From IMG/VR virus record IMGVR_UViG_3300009161_000006, positions 1-60,984 of that record: a stretch of DNA of 60,984 bases. The stretch is one strand, 5' to 3'. Numbering within the stretch: the first letter of the stretch is position 1; each line of letters opens with the position of its first letter. The translations under genes and the position numbers were made by a program. The notes under the pieces are model-generated. The model worked only from the letters and a program-made list of their open reading frames with translations. It searched no databases and was not told the origin of the DNA. Below are positions 1-10,528 of this stretch, piece after piece. This DNA is from a virus (taxonomy: Duplodnaviria > Caudoviricetes).

Positions 1-123
1 AACTTTTGGGTTGACTCCAAGCTCGGAGCAAGTCCCATTACAAACAAATTACATTACCAACTTTAACTTTTTAACTCAGTATCTTCCTGATACTTATGAG
101 AAAGAATTTGAGCGTTATGGTAA
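1..123. repeat. Terminal direct repeat / assembly overlap, left copy (identical to 60862-60984)
   Basis: Exact 123-bp match between the two window ends, inside the capsid gene; implies a circular or permuted unit of 60861 bp. Confidence 0.97.
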
Positions 124-1420
124 TAGAACAGTAGCTTCATTCTTACGTATGGTAGGAGCGGAGATGCCGTCAAACTCGGATATGATTAAATGGGCTGAAC
201 AAGGTCGTTTGCACACAAAGTACACAAACTGTGTTCCTGCTGCTGCTGCTGCTTCTAATACATCTGTATTTACTATTACAGACGCTACAATTACTTCGGG
301 TAATACAATCTCAATTCGTTTAGGTCAAACAGTTATGATTTTTGATAATGCTACGGGATTGTCAAACAAAGGAATCGTTATTGTTGCTCCTGCAGGTACG
401 GGTCCTACCTATACTATTACAGTTGCTTATTATGAGACAGGTGGTCAAACTTTTGCTGCTGCGTCTACTTGTTCTATTTGGGTATATGGTTCTGAATTTA
501 AAAAAGGAACAAATGGTATGTCAGGTTCTTTAGAGGCTGAAGATACTATTTTCTCAAATTCTCCAATTATCATTAAAGATAAGTATGCAGTAAACGGTTC
601 TGACATGGCTCAAATTGGTTGGGTTGAAGTGACTACTGAGAATGGTGCTACAGGATACCTTTGGTACTTAAAATCAGAACACGAAACTCGTCTACGTTTT
701 GAAGATTATCTTGAAACTGCAATGGTTGAAGCGATTCCTGCAGGTGCAGGTTCGGGTGTTGCTACTCAGGTAACATTTACATCAGCGGGTAACAAAGGTT
801 CAGAAGGTATCTTCTATGTAGTAAATGACCGTGGAAACGTATGGGGTGGTGGTAATCCAACAACTCTTTCTGATTGGGACACTGTTATCTCTCGTTTAGA
901 TAAGCAAGGTGCTATTGAAGAAAACGTAGTATTTGTTAATCGTGATTTTGGATTTGACATTGACGATATGTTAGCTGCACAAAACTCTTATGGAGCAGGT
1001 GGTACTTCTTATGGTCTATTTGACAATGACAAAGACATGGCATTAAATTTAGGATTTACAGGATTCCGAAGAGGTTATGACTTCTACAAGACTGATTGGA
1101 AATACTTAAATGACCCAACAATGCGTGGAGGTATGCCAACAGGTGCAATCGCAAGTGGAAACATCACAGGATTACTTGTTCCTGCAGGTTCTACAAATGT
1201 ATATGACCAAGTTATGGGTAAAAATGCAAAGCGTCCTTTCTTACACGTTAGATATCGTGCTTCTGAAGCAGAAGACAGACGATACAAAACTTGGATGACA
1301 GGTTCTGCCGGAGGTGCTCAAACTAGTGACTTAGATGCAATGGAAGTTAACTTCTTGTCTGAGCGTGCTGTTTGTACTTTAGGTGCGAATAACTTTGTTT
1401 TATTCCGATACGGAGTTTAA
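2..1420 (+). CDS. Major capsid protein; true start ATG at 60842 across the join (MAILASPTFGLTPS..., 479 aa)
   Basis: Follows portal and acidic scaffold genes; capsid-like size and composition; followed by a hairpin terminator; frame continuous across the overlap. Confidence 0.88.
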   Translation, partial: TFGLTPSSEQVPLQTNYITNFNFLTQYLPDTYEKEFERYGNRTVASFLRMVGAEMPSNSDMIKWAEQGRLHTKYTNCVPAAAAASNTSVFTITDATITSGNTISIRLGQTVMIFDNATGLSNKGIVIVAPAGTGPTYTITVAYYETGGQTFAAASTCSIWVYGSEFKKGTNGMSGSLEAEDTIFSNSPIIIKDKYAVNGSDMAQIGWVEVTTENGATGYLWYLKSEHETRLRFEDYLETAMVEAIPAGAGSGVATQVTFTSAGNKGSEGIFYVVNDRGNVWGGGNPTTLSDWDTVISRLDKQGAIEENVVFVNRDFGFDIDDMLAAQNSYGAGGTSYGLFDNDKDMALNLGFTGFRRGYDFYKTDWKYLNDPTMRGGMPTGAIASGNITGLLVPAGSTNVYDQVMGKNAKRPFLHVRYRASEAEDRRYKTWMTGSAGGAQTSDLDAMEVNFLSERAVCTLGANNFVLFRYGV

Positions 1421-1438
1421 TAATAATTTAATTTTCAA

Positions 1439-1469
1439 AAGGAGGGGCGCTTTGCTCCTCCTTTATTTT
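1439..1469 (+). terminator. Intrinsic terminator after capsid gene
   Basis: AAGGAGGGGC-GCTTT-GCTCCTCCTT hairpin followed by T-rich tract. Confidence 0.7.
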
Positions 1470-1494
1470 AGTAACTAAATCAAATCAAATAATA

Positions 1495-2241
1495 ATGAAA
1501 AAAAACACAACATCAGTAGATAAGACCTACAAGCTAAAAAGCAATGCAACGCCAATCTCTTTTACGTTGCCATCAAGAAACACAACTAGGTATCCACTTC
1601 TTTATTTTGATGAAGAGAACAATATGAACAGAGCTTTGCGATATGCAAGAAATCAAAAATCACCATTTGAAGATGAACAAGACGGAAACTTTCTTCTTGA
1701 ACCAATAATCTTTGATGATGGATTTCTAAGTGTCCCAAGAACAAATCCTGTGCTACAGCAATTTTTACATTATCATCCATTAAATGGATTCGCTTTTGTA
1801 GAAGTAGATAAAACAATTGATGCTGCTCAGGAAGTTGAGATGCTAAACTTTGAAGTAGATGCATTGATTGAAGCTAGACAATTAACTATAGAGCAACTTG
1901 AAGTAGTAAGTAGAGTTATGTTCCAAAAAGATGTAACAAATGTATCAACTGCAGAATTACGCAGAGATGTATTGATTTATGCTAAAAGAGAACCTAAGTC
2001 ATTTTTAGAGATATTAAATGACCCTTTACTTAAACTGCAGTCTAATGTTCAAATGTTCTTCTCAAGCAATATATTACAATTTAGAAATGGACAGCGCGAG
2101 GTGTGGTATAATACTAAAAGCAATAAAAAGAAAATGATGACTGTACCATTTGGAGAAGACCCATTTGAAACAGTTGCTTTATATTTAAAGTCAGACGAGG
2201 GTATTGAGGTATTGAAGTTCTTAGAAATAAGTTCAAAATAA
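1495..2241 (+). CDS. Conserved virion-module protein downstream of capsid
   Basis: 248-aa ORF with AAATCAAAT-type leader; position in head module. Confidence 0.6.
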   Translation: MKKNTTSVDKTYKLKSNATPISFTLPSRNTTRYPLLYFDEENNMNRALRYARNQKSPFEDEQDGNFLLEPIIFDDGFLSVPRTNPVLQQFLHYHPLNGFAFVEVDKTIDAAQEVEMLNFEVDALIEARQLTIEQLEVVSRVMFQKDVTNVSTAELRRDVLIYAKREPKSFLEILNDPLLKLQSNVQMFFSSNILQFRNGQREVWYNTKSNKKKMMTVPFGEDPFETVALYLKSDEGIEVLKFLEISSK

Positions 2242-2285
2242 TTAGTATATTTGTACTTTATTAACCCATTTAAACTTTTTAAACG

Positions 2286-2576
2286 ATGGAAAAATTTTTA
2301 GGAATTACAGTAACAGGTCAACAAGTACAAATAGTATCTGCAACAGGTATTGTATTAATTGAGCAAGACTCTACAACAACAGTTGGGATTCATTACAAAT
2401 CATCTACAGGTACAGATGTTGTAACAATTACACATGCTACAGCAGGAGCAGGTGATGAAACTATGCGTGATGCAATTCAAAATGCAGTTGTTGCTGCTTT
2501 GACAACATCGTGGACAAATGTTTTATACACTGTTGAAAATTTACCTTATGCAGTATCAAATATTTCTATAGCGTAA
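2286..2576 (+). CDS. Small putative structural/decoration protein
   Basis: Thr/Val-rich 96-aa ORF, preceded by TATATTTG (2246) and followed by a terminator. Confidence 0.5.
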   Translation: MEKFLGITVTGQQVQIVSATGIVLIEQDSTTTVGIHYKSSTGTDVVTITHATAGAGDETMRDAIQNAVVAALTTSWTNVLYTVENLPYAVSNISIA

Positions 2577-2597
2577 TATTAATTAATTTAGAAACAA

Positions 2598-2630
2598 AGA
2601 GGCGCTTTAATAGAGTGCCTTTTTTTTTAT
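2598..2630 (+). terminator. Intrinsic terminator
   Basis: GAGGCGCTTT-AAT-AGAGTGCCTT stem followed by a long T run. Confidence 0.7.
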
Positions 2631-2638
2631 TATCTTTG
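2631..2638 (+). promoter_or_regulatory. Bacteroidota primary-sigma -7 element TAnnTTTG. Other + copies: 2246, 9448, 10487, 42747, 43255, 45403, 46807, 48823, 52986, 59688. - strand copies: 30295-30302, 34645-34652, 42260-42267
   Basis: Matches to TAnnTTTG recur just upstream of gene starts on the coding strand; established Bacteroidota promoter consensus. Confidence 0.8.
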
Positions 2639-2653
2639 TAAAAAGAATAGCGT

Positions 2654-3643
2654 ATGTCTGTAATGATAAACTCCGTAAGAAACACTGTAATAGCCATATT
2701 AAATAAAAATAACTATGGATATATTTCTCCATCTGATTTTAATTTATATGCAACTAATGCGCAAATGGAACTTTACGAAGAGTATTTTAGTAGCTATAAT
2801 AAATCAATATTAGCTGAAAATGCAAGGTCATCAGGTTCTGATTACGCAGATATTAGTAAACCTATTATGGAAGTAATGGAAGGTTTTTTAGAAAGTGATT
2901 TCATTTTCCCACAACTTTCAACTTCAGGTAATCTAACTAATAATTTTTATCTTCCATCACCAACTACTGTTGGTAGTTCTGCATATATGATTAATAAAGT
3001 AATTGTATATACAAAAAAAATAATTAATGGAACAAACACTTCACAATCCAACTTTCAATTAATAGATGCAACAGTAAACTTTCCTGCTTTAGGCGTTAAA
3101 GTTGGAGATATTGTTTTAAACTTAACAACATTCCAAAGCTCTACTGTACAGTCTTTAACTACTTCAGTAGATACATTAGACTTACAAGATAATATTTTTC
3201 AGAATTTATTAGCAGGAGAAAAATATGCAATATATTCAGGTTCAAATTATTCTGAAGCTGAAAAGGTTTCAAATAGTAAAATACTTTTATTGCAAAATTC
3301 ATCGATTACAAGTCCAACATTGATGTATCCATCTTATACAAATATAAGTGATTATATGTCTTTATATCCTATAAGCATACAGGGTTATGGAGCAGTAAGA
3401 AATGATTATTTTAGATATCCTAAAGACCCTAAATGGACATATATTTCTTTAGCAAATGGTGAGCCTGTATTTGACCAATCACAACTTGATTACCAAGACT
3501 TTGAATTACCAATTGAAGATGGGTATAAGTTAGTAATGAAGATATGTCAGTATTGTGGAGTATCAATTCGTGAAGCGGATGTTGTTCAATATGCAATGGC
3601 TCAAGAACAACATGAACAGCCATCATTTAGTATGCAACAATAA
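2654..3643 (+). CDS. Head-tail connector / tail ring protein
   Basis: Position between capsid and stabilization genes; N-terminal NKNNYGYISPSDFN and C-terminal YFRYPKDPKW motifs typical of this phage group. Confidence 0.6.
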   Translation: MSVMINSVRNTVIAILNKNNYGYISPSDFNLYATNAQMELYEEYFSSYNKSILAENARSSGSDYADISKPIMEVMEGFLESDFIFPQLSTSGNLTNNFYLPSPTTVGSSAYMINKVIVYTKKIINGTNTSQSNFQLIDATVNFPALGVKVGDIVLNLTTFQSSTVQSLTTSVDTLDLQDNIFQNLLAGEKYAIYSGSNYSEAEKVSNSKILLLQNSSITSPTLMYPSYTNISDYMSLYPISIQGYGAVRNDYFRYPKDPKWTYISLANGEPVFDQSQLDYQDFELPIEDGYKLVMKICQYCGVSIREADVVQYAMAQEQHEQPSFSMQQ

Positions 3644-3653
3644 ATAGTAAAAT

Positions 3654-4577
3654 ATGACATATATATCACAATACGAATATTATGAAAATAATGGTAATAA
3701 CCCTGAAGACTTAAATTGGGGGTCTTATCAATATGTTAGTTTAGCTGATGTTGTAACTAATTTTCTTTTAATGTATTCGGGAAACCACTCATTAGTAAAT
3801 AATGAGGAGAGGTTCAAGATATTGTTCCACGCAAAGCGTGCTGTTCAAGAGCTTAACTACGATGCGTTTAAAGAGATAAAAGTTTTAGAACTAAATGTTC
3901 CAAATACATTACGATATATTCTACCATCTGATTATGTAAATTGGGTAAGGATATCGGTATATGAGAATGGCGTTCTAAGACCATTAAGTGAAAACATACA
4001 GACATTATCTTCAGGAGCATACCTTCAAGATAACCTTTCAAATATATTGTTTGACCAAAATGGAAATGCTTTATCTCCTCAGAACTCAGCTATAGATTAT
4101 GATAGAATTACAGGAACAAAAAAATCAATCTATCTAAACAAAGGGAATCAATTTGATAATCAAGCAGGGTATAATGTAGATGGTTTTTGGTATTTTGATT
4201 ATGCAATTGGAACAAGATATGGACTGAATACAGAGACCGCAAATGCTAACCCTACATTTAATGTAGATAAAAAGGCAGGTGTGATTAATTTTGATTCAGG
4301 AATGTCAGAGCGATTATGTATTCTTGAATATGTTTCAGATGGTATGGAGAATGGAGACAATTCTCTAATAACAATAAATAAATTATTTGAGGCTTATATT
4401 TATGCTTACATAAAATATGAGGTTTTAAACGCTAAATTCGGCGTTCAAGAATATGTTATTCAAAGAGCCAAAAAAGATAAGCAAGCATTATTAAGAAATG
4501 CTAAGATAAGAATAAGTAATATTCACCCCGGAAGACTTTTAATGAACTTAAGGGGCTTAGATAAAATACTAAAATAG
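3654..4577 (+). CDS. Tail ring / tubular structural protein
   Basis: 307-aa ORF with LPSDYVNWVRIS motif, tightly coupled to the next gene. Confidence 0.6.
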   Translation: MTYISQYEYYENNGNNPEDLNWGSYQYVSLADVVTNFLLMYSGNHSLVNNEERFKILFHAKRAVQELNYDAFKEIKVLELNVPNTLRYILPSDYVNWVRISVYENGVLRPLSENIQTLSSGAYLQDNLSNILFDQNGNALSPQNSAIDYDRITGTKKSIYLNKGNQFDNQAGYNVDGFWYFDYAIGTRYGLNTETANANPTFNVDKKAGVINFDSGMSERLCILEYVSDGMENGDNSLITINKLFEAYIYAYIKYEVLNAKFGVQEYVIQRAKKDKQALLRNAKIRISNIHPGRLLMNLRGLDKILK

Positions 4578-4578
4578 T

Positions 4579-7500
4579 ATGCCGAAATTTAGTAGGAATT
4601 TTGTTGCAGGAAAAATGAACAAAACTTTTGATGAAAGAGTTGTTCCAAATGGCGAGTACATTGACGCTATGAACGTGCGTATGGGTTCAACGGAAAACTC
4701 TGAATTTGGAGTTATCGAAAACACAAAAGGAAATGTTCCGTTAACAGCCTTAAAATTTCTAAATACTCCTTTAAGCGTAGATGCAAGGTGCATTGGTGCT
4801 TATGAAGATGGAGCAATGGAGACAGTATATTGGTTTGTACATGACCCAAATTTTCCATTAGGACTAACGGGTAAGCTTGACTTACTTGTATCTTTTAACA
4901 CAAATAATTCATTCCTTACTTATCACGTTATCACTATAGATAATGGTGGTAACATAAATACAACTCTAAATTTTAATCCAAAGTATCTTATTACAGGAGT
5001 AAATAAAATAGAGAACTTATTATTTTTTACGGATAACTATAATGCTCCAAGAGTAATAAATATAAATAGAAATTATGCTGTGCCATCAGGTGCTCCATTA
5101 ACAGATGCGGGTGGTATTGCAGCAGCATTGCTACTTGAAGAGTCACTACTTGTTATTAAGAAGCCACCTACTGAGTCTCCAACTGTTCAATTATTAAATA
5201 CTGTTGGTCAACAAAACTTTTTAGAAGAGAGGTTTATATCATTTGCTTATAGGTATTTATATGCTGATGGAGAGTATTCAGCTACTTCGCAGTGGTCTGA
5301 TATTGCTTTCGCTCCAAATGGATTTGAGGTAACTGTAGAGGCATACTTAAATGAGGGAATGATAAACTCATTTAATGCTTGTAAGGTAACTTACTATACA
5401 GGTGACTCTCTTGTTGTTGGTATAGATTTATTATTTAAGCAGTCAGAAAGCAATATAATTAAGATAATTGAAAAACAAAATAAACAAGACTTAGGGATAC
5501 CAAATAATATATATACATCAATAAGCTTTGATAATAGTAAGATATTTACTACTCTTCCTGAGTCTGAGTTATTAAGGTTATATGATAATGTCCCAAGATT
5601 TGCTCAAGCACAAACCCTTATGGGTAATAGGCTAATGTATGGTAATTATATTGAAGGATATGACTTAGTGACTTCACTTGGAAACCCTGTTCAATTTACT
5701 TATGAGACAGCGTTAATTCAAGAGGTAATAGGATTTGAAGCATTATTAACGTCAAAACAAACATCAACGTATCTTATTGACGGCAGTCATACTGTTCCAT
5801 TTTCAATATTAAGAATAGACTTTGCTAACTTAATTCCATATGCGTCTAATTTAATAGCAGGAGCTTCTATTGGAATTAGCATTGAGTTTATTCATGAAAG
5901 TTTTACAGGCAGTCCATTTTTAATGGGTGTGACACCAAATACTTTTGTGTCAGCTACATTTTTTTTAACATCAAGTTATAGTAGTCCATATGATTTAGCA
6001 CAAAGTGTTGAGTTCCAAGATTGGATTGGTACGGTTGCTAATATACTTCCTGTGTATGACCCTATCCCTTCAAATCCAACATCTTGCGATGGGTATACAT
6101 TGACTGATAGATTTAATTGTTTAACGCCCGTAAATTTAGCGTTTAATTTTGAAAAAAGAGCGGCAGGTATTAATGCTGTGGCTGAACCAATAAAAATAAT
6201 ATCAAGTAACCTAAATAGTTATATAGACTTGCAGATAGTTGCAACTAAATACGAACAATTAACTAGTCCGGGAACTTATGGATATGAGTATTATCAGATA
6301 ATAGATGAGTTTGTTACATTTTCAAAAGTTGGGCAAATAAGAAGTTTGCATAGCAATAGAGGATATGAGGTGGGAATAGTTTATATGGATGATTTCCTTC
6401 GTTCATCAACAGCTCTTGTTTCAGTTGACAATACTGTTTATACTCCTTGTTCTTCATCTGTAAATCAAAACTCAATAAGGGTAACTATACCTACTTCACA
6501 AGTAGCTCCATATTGGGCAACTAGATATAAGTTTGTAATAAAGCCTGACCAAGAAGGATATCAAACAGTATACTCAACATTACTTTATATAGATACCGCA
6601 AATAACAGCTTATATTGGTTTTTACTTGAGGGAGAAAATCAACAAAAGGTTGAGGTAGGAGATAGGCTTATTGTAAAAAAAGACTCAAATGGAGCAACAC
6701 AAGAATGTGTGTATACTACTGTTTTAGAAAAGGGCTCTCAAGCCTTTCCATTCCCGGGTGTATACATGAGATTAGAAACTATTAATTTTGCAGCAACAAT
6801 CCCATCTATACCTCCATATACAGACTCTAATAGTGGAGTAAAAATAACTAGAGTATATTGGTCTGAGCCCGGTGGCCCACCTTGGACTGACATAGATGTT
6901 CCTGCAGGTTCTGTTATAGGAATAATGGTATATACATATAGAAAAGGTACTTTTGACTGTAGTGAAAAAGAGGTAAATTCGTCACAATCGTATGTTTATT
7001 TTACTGCAACAAATGACTATAATAGTTTAGAAGATTGGTTTACATTTAATACTTCAACTATTATGTCAGCGCTAATAGCCCTTCCGTCTACCGGTATGAG
7101 TATCGTTTATATGGGAAGTTTTAATAATAGCGAATCAGCCATGAATACTTTTGTTACTGCGGGTGCAGCAGCTAATATAATGCGATTATATATTAATAGA
7201 GACCCTGCTGATAACCGCTTAACTTTTTGGATGTCAGGGACAGTTCAGTGTACTGTTTTTAGTGACTCAATTTCTAGGCTTGGATTTAAGATTAGTAGAG
7301 CACCTGTTAGTCCTGACTTTGTATTTGAGACAGCTCCAATAGATGCCTTGCCTGATGTATTCTTTGAAAACAATTTATCGTTTGGGATTACGTCTATTGG
7401 AGAGCATGAAGGAAATGTTCAAAATCAAGACTTTTTAATGGGACAACCTGCAATTATAAATACAGGGTTTTTCAATTGTTTTTCATTTGGAAATGGAGTG

Positions 7501-9432
7501 GAGAGTTATAAAATTAGAGACTCAATAATTGGTAGAGAGTTTAATCTTGGGGAAAGAGTAACCTCAGTCTCTGCGCAAGACTACAAAGAAGCGCATAGGT
7601 TCTCGGATATTACTTATAGTGGGGTATATAACCCTGAGTCAAATCTAAATAAGCTTAATGAGTTTAATTTAGGTCTTCTAAACTATAAATATTTAGAGTC
7701 ATCTTTTGGGTATATCTATATATTAGATGGTAGAGAGACTGATGTTTTATGTATCCAAGAAGATAAGATATCGTATGTATTAGCAGGCAAGAATTTATTG
7801 TCAGATGCAGGTGCAGGGCGAGCGCTACTTGCTGTACCTGAAGTATTGGGTACTCAGATTGCAAGAACTGAAAAGTTTGGCATAAGCCACAACCCTGAAA
7901 GTTATGTTCAATGGGGTGCTGATAGATATTTCACTGATGTAAAAAGAGGCGCTGTTATACAGCTCCAAGGAGACTCAGCACAAAACGATAAGTTACAGGT
8001 GGTATCAGAGTTTGGTATGCGAACATGGTTTAGAGATGAATTTATCTATTCACAGACTACACAGAAACTTGGAGGATATGACCCGTATATGAATGAATAT
8101 GTTTTGACTAGCAATGACATTAGTATCCCAATAGTAACGGAGTGTTTTGATTGCGACCAAGACAATACATTTTCAATAGACAACTCTTCTAACTCAACGG
8201 ATAGAGAGATAAATTATTGTATTGAATTAAATGATTGTATTGGAATTGGAACTATTACCATAGCAACAACATCTATATCTTTAGGAGGAAGCTTTACTGT
8301 ATCAGCTACCTATGATGGAACAACAACTTCAACATTAATAACAAGTGTCGGAATAGATACTGTTAGTTATAATGTAAATAATCCGTCTGTTCTTACTCTT
8401 GAAATTAATATAATTATATCTGCAGGTTCAACAATTGGATTTGATATAAACAATGAATGTCAAGAATGTGAAAAAATAAAACTAATTGAGGTAGTAATTA
8501 CTGATAATAGCAATGCAGGATTTTTCATTCATAATCAATATAACTATACTGATGTAACAATACCTTATACATCTCCATTACAGAGCAATCAAGTTACATT
8601 TGCTTCAGGTACAGCTGTTCCACTTGTTTCATATTATAATGCAGCGGTAGGATTCCAAGGACAGGGTAGCTTCCCTTACCCCGGAGTAGATATGACACTA
8701 TATACAAATAAAATTGGGTTTGATAACTATGACTTTATTGACCCTCCGAATAGATTTTTATGGACAACCACAAATATTAATTATCCAAATACACCTGCAG
8801 CTATAGCAACACTACTATCAATAGCAAATGTTGTGACTCCAATAGTAACTGTTGGAAATCAGAACTCCGCAGTTTTTTCTGTGCCAAGCTTATTTGATAA
8901 TCTTTATTTGATTTGGGACTTAAGAAGTACCACTGAGGTTGAATTATGTTATAGCGAAGTGAGTTGTGATGTCGCTTGTCTCGAATGCTCGGTTTGTGAG
9001 TGCGGAACATGGTTGGTAGTAAATAATACCGGAGAGTCTTATTTTGGTGTTCAGTATGTTAATTGTGATGGACTTAATGCTGTTATTGGAGAGTTTGACC
9101 CTGTAAGTTATACGTTCCCTAGAGACGCAGGTATATTTATATGTGCTAGGGACTTCCTTATCCCTGAGCGAATCCCCGGATTTACATATACATATATAGG
9201 TTGCTATTGTTGTGCAGAATGTCAGTCTTATAGCATATTTAACTCGGGAGGAGAAGATATAGCATTCACAGGTGAACTTCTATGCGGTGGAGGCGCAACT
9301 ACGCTTAATTTCCTTGCAGGACAAACATATGAATACTGTATGTCTAGTGTTATCTCGTACTTTGATGTGAGTTTAGGTATTGACTATGTTGAAAATCTAA
9401 TATTTACCCCGATAGAATGTAATTGCGGTTAA
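4579..9432 (+). CDS. Tail stabilization / nozzle protein with Cys-rich C-terminal extension
   Basis: N-terminal FVAGKMNK..DER..P.GEY.DA.N and internal FAYRY, NRLMYGNY, FGISHNPES, GGYDPY motifs of podovirus stabilization proteins. Confidence 0.75.
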   Translation: MPKFSRNFVAGKMNKTFDERVVPNGEYIDAMNVRMGSTENSEFGVIENTKGNVPLTALKFLNTPLSVDARCIGAYEDGAMETVYWFVHDPNFPLGLTGKLDLLVSFNTNNSFLTYHVITIDNGGNINTTLNFNPKYLITGVNKIENLLFFTDNYNAPRVININRNYAVPSGAPLTDAGGIAAALLLEESLLVIKKPPTESPTVQLLNTVGQQNFLEERFISFAYRYLYADGEYSATSQWSDIAFAPNGFEVTVEAYLNEGMINSFNACKVTYYTGDSLVVGIDLLFKQSESNIIKIIEKQNKQDLGIPNNIYTSISFDNSKIFTTLPESELLRLYDNVPRFAQAQTLMGNRLMYGNYIEGYDLVTSLGNPVQFTYETALIQEVIGFEALLTSKQTSTYLIDGSHTVPFSILRIDFANLIPYASNLIAGASIGISIEFIHESFTGSPFLMGVTPNTFVSATFFLTSSYSSPYDLAQSVEFQDWIGTVANILPVYDPIPSNPTSCDGYTLTDRFNCLTPVNLAFNFEKRAAGINAVAEPIKIISSNLNSYIDLQIVATKYEQLTSPGTYGYEYYQIIDEFVTFSKVGQIRSLHSNRGYEVGIVYMDDFLRSSTALVSVDNTVYTPCSSSVNQNSIRVTIPTSQVAPYWATRYKFVIKPDQEGYQTVYSTLLYIDTANNSLYWFLLEGENQQKVEVGDRLIVKKDSNGATQECVYTTVLEKGSQAFPFPGVYMRLETINFAATIPSIPPYTDSNSGVKITRVYWSEPGGPPWTDIDVPAGSVIGIMVYTYRKGTFDCSEKEVNSSQSYVYFTATNDYNSLEDWFTFNTSTIMSALIALPSTGMSIVYMGSFNNSESAMNTFVTAGAAANIMRLYINRDPADNRLTFWMSGTVQCTVFSDSISRLGFKISRAPVSPDFVFETAPIDALPDVFFENNLSFGITSIGEHEGNVQNQDFLMGQPAIINTGFFNCFSFGNGVESYKIRDSIIGREFNLGERVTSVSAQDYKEAHRFSDITYSGVYNPESNLNKLNEFNLGLLNYKYLESSFGYIYILDGRETDVLCIQEDKISYVLAGKNLLSDAGAGRALLAVPEVLGTQIARTEKFGISHNPESYVQWGADRYFTDVKRGAVIQLQGDSAQNDKLQVVSEFGMRTWFRDEFIYSQTTQKLGGYDPYMNEYVLTSNDISIPIVTECFDCDQDNTFSIDNSSNSTDREINYCIELNDCIGIGTITIATTSISLGGSFTVSATYDGTTTSTLITSVGIDTVSYNVNNPSVLTLEINIIISAGSTIGFDINNECQECEKIKLIEVVITDNSNAGFFIHNQYNYTDVTIPYTSPLQSNQVTFASGTAVPLVSYYNAAVGFQGQGSFPYPGVDMTLYTNKIGFDNYDFIDPPNRFLWTTTNINYPNTPAAIATLLSIANVVTPIVTVGNQNSAVFSVPSLFDNLYLIWDLRSTTEVELCYSEVSCDVACLECSVCECGTWLVVNNTGESYFGVQYVNCDGLNAVIGEFDPVSYTFPRDAGIFICARDFLIPERIPGFTYTYIGCYCCAECQSYSIFNSGGEDIAFTGELLCGGGATTLNFLAGQTYEYCMSSVISYFDVSLGIDYVENLIFTPIECNCG

Positions 9433-9475
9433 GTAAAATAAAAATGTTAATTTTGCATAACTAATAAGCAATACT

Positions 9476-9658
9476 ATGCCGGCAACATATTTTTTAAATT
9501 CAGTAGATTTGGCAAGCGCTACATACATTTATAGTGACGCATCTATGTTATATGCAGCAGCAGAAGGGTACTATTCAGACGGCACCATTTGCAGGTATTG
9601 GTATCTTGACCTTGTTCTTGGATATTGGATATTAGAACCATTTACTTATTGTAAATAG
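9476..9658 (+). CDS. Small tail-associated protein
   Basis: 60-aa aromatic-rich ORF (EGYYSDG) downstream of a TAATTTTG promoter element. Confidence 0.5.
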   Translation: MPATYFLNSVDLASATYIYSDASMLYAAAEGYYSDGTICRYWYLDLVLGYWILEPFTYCK

Positions 9659-9660
9659 AC

Positions 9661-10479
9661 ATGTTTAAAACACTTACATATAGCCCAAATGCACAAGGAT
9701 GGCCTTCATTCTATTCTTATAATCCTGATTGGATGATAGGCATGAATAATTATTTCTATTCATTTAAAGGGGGTAATTTATATAGGCATAGCGTAAACAT
9801 TAAAAGAAACACGTTCTATACCACATGGTGCGCACAAAACGTACCACCACTAGACCCATTTACCCCAACAGGACTTACAAGTGTATTAAATGACTTACCT
9901 CTTGAGAATAAATTATTTAAGACAATGGACTTGGTAGGTGATGCACCTTGGTCTGCAACCTTAACTACTGACTTACAATATACAGGGTATATAGAGCAAG
10001 CATGGTTTGAAAGGAAAGAAGCGACTTGGTTTGCATTTGTAAGAAATGATGGTGCAATACCAATGGGTCCACAAGAGTATCCTTTAAGAAGTGTAAATGG
10101 AATTGGCAATAGTTTATCAGTTGTATTTGGTGTAGGTACTGCAACTATAAACTTCTCAATAACCCCTCTTATAGCAATAGGGAGCATAATAAGCATTGGT
10201 GACATTGTTTACTTTTCAGCAGGTGCAATAGGCGCAGGTATAGTAACTAGTGTTATTCAGAACTATCCTTTAGGAGACAACTATATTATTATTGATACCA
10301 CTCCTATATGGACCACTCCTATCCCTACTCAAACGGAGTATTTCTTATTTAGTAAAAACTCAGTTGCAGAGTCACATGGTGTACTTGGTCATTACTGTTT
10401 ATTTACTCTTTCAAATAGTTTTGATACAAAAATAGAATTGTTTTCAGCAGAATCAGAGTTAATGAAAAGTTACCCTTAA
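9661..10479 (+). CDS. Tail protein, probably the separately encoded C-terminal part of the stabilization protein
   Basis: TLTYS..GWPSFYSY.PD.M and NKLFKT motifs. Confidence 0.6.
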   Translation: MFKTLTYSPNAQGWPSFYSYNPDWMIGMNNYFYSFKGGNLYRHSVNIKRNTFYTTWCAQNVPPLDPFTPTGLTSVLNDLPLENKLFKTMDLVGDAPWSATLTTDLQYTGYIEQAWFERKEATWFAFVRNDGAIPMGPQEYPLRSVNGIGNSLSVVFGVGTATINFSITPLIAIGSIISIGDIVYFSAGAIGAGIVTSVIQNYPLGDNYIIIDTTPIWTTPIPTQTEYFLFSKNSVAESHGVLGHYCLFTLSNSFDTKIELFSAESELMKSYP

Positions 10480-10528
10480 TTTTTTATATCTTTGTAGTTA
10501 CTAAGAAAAATTACTAAAAAAATATAAC

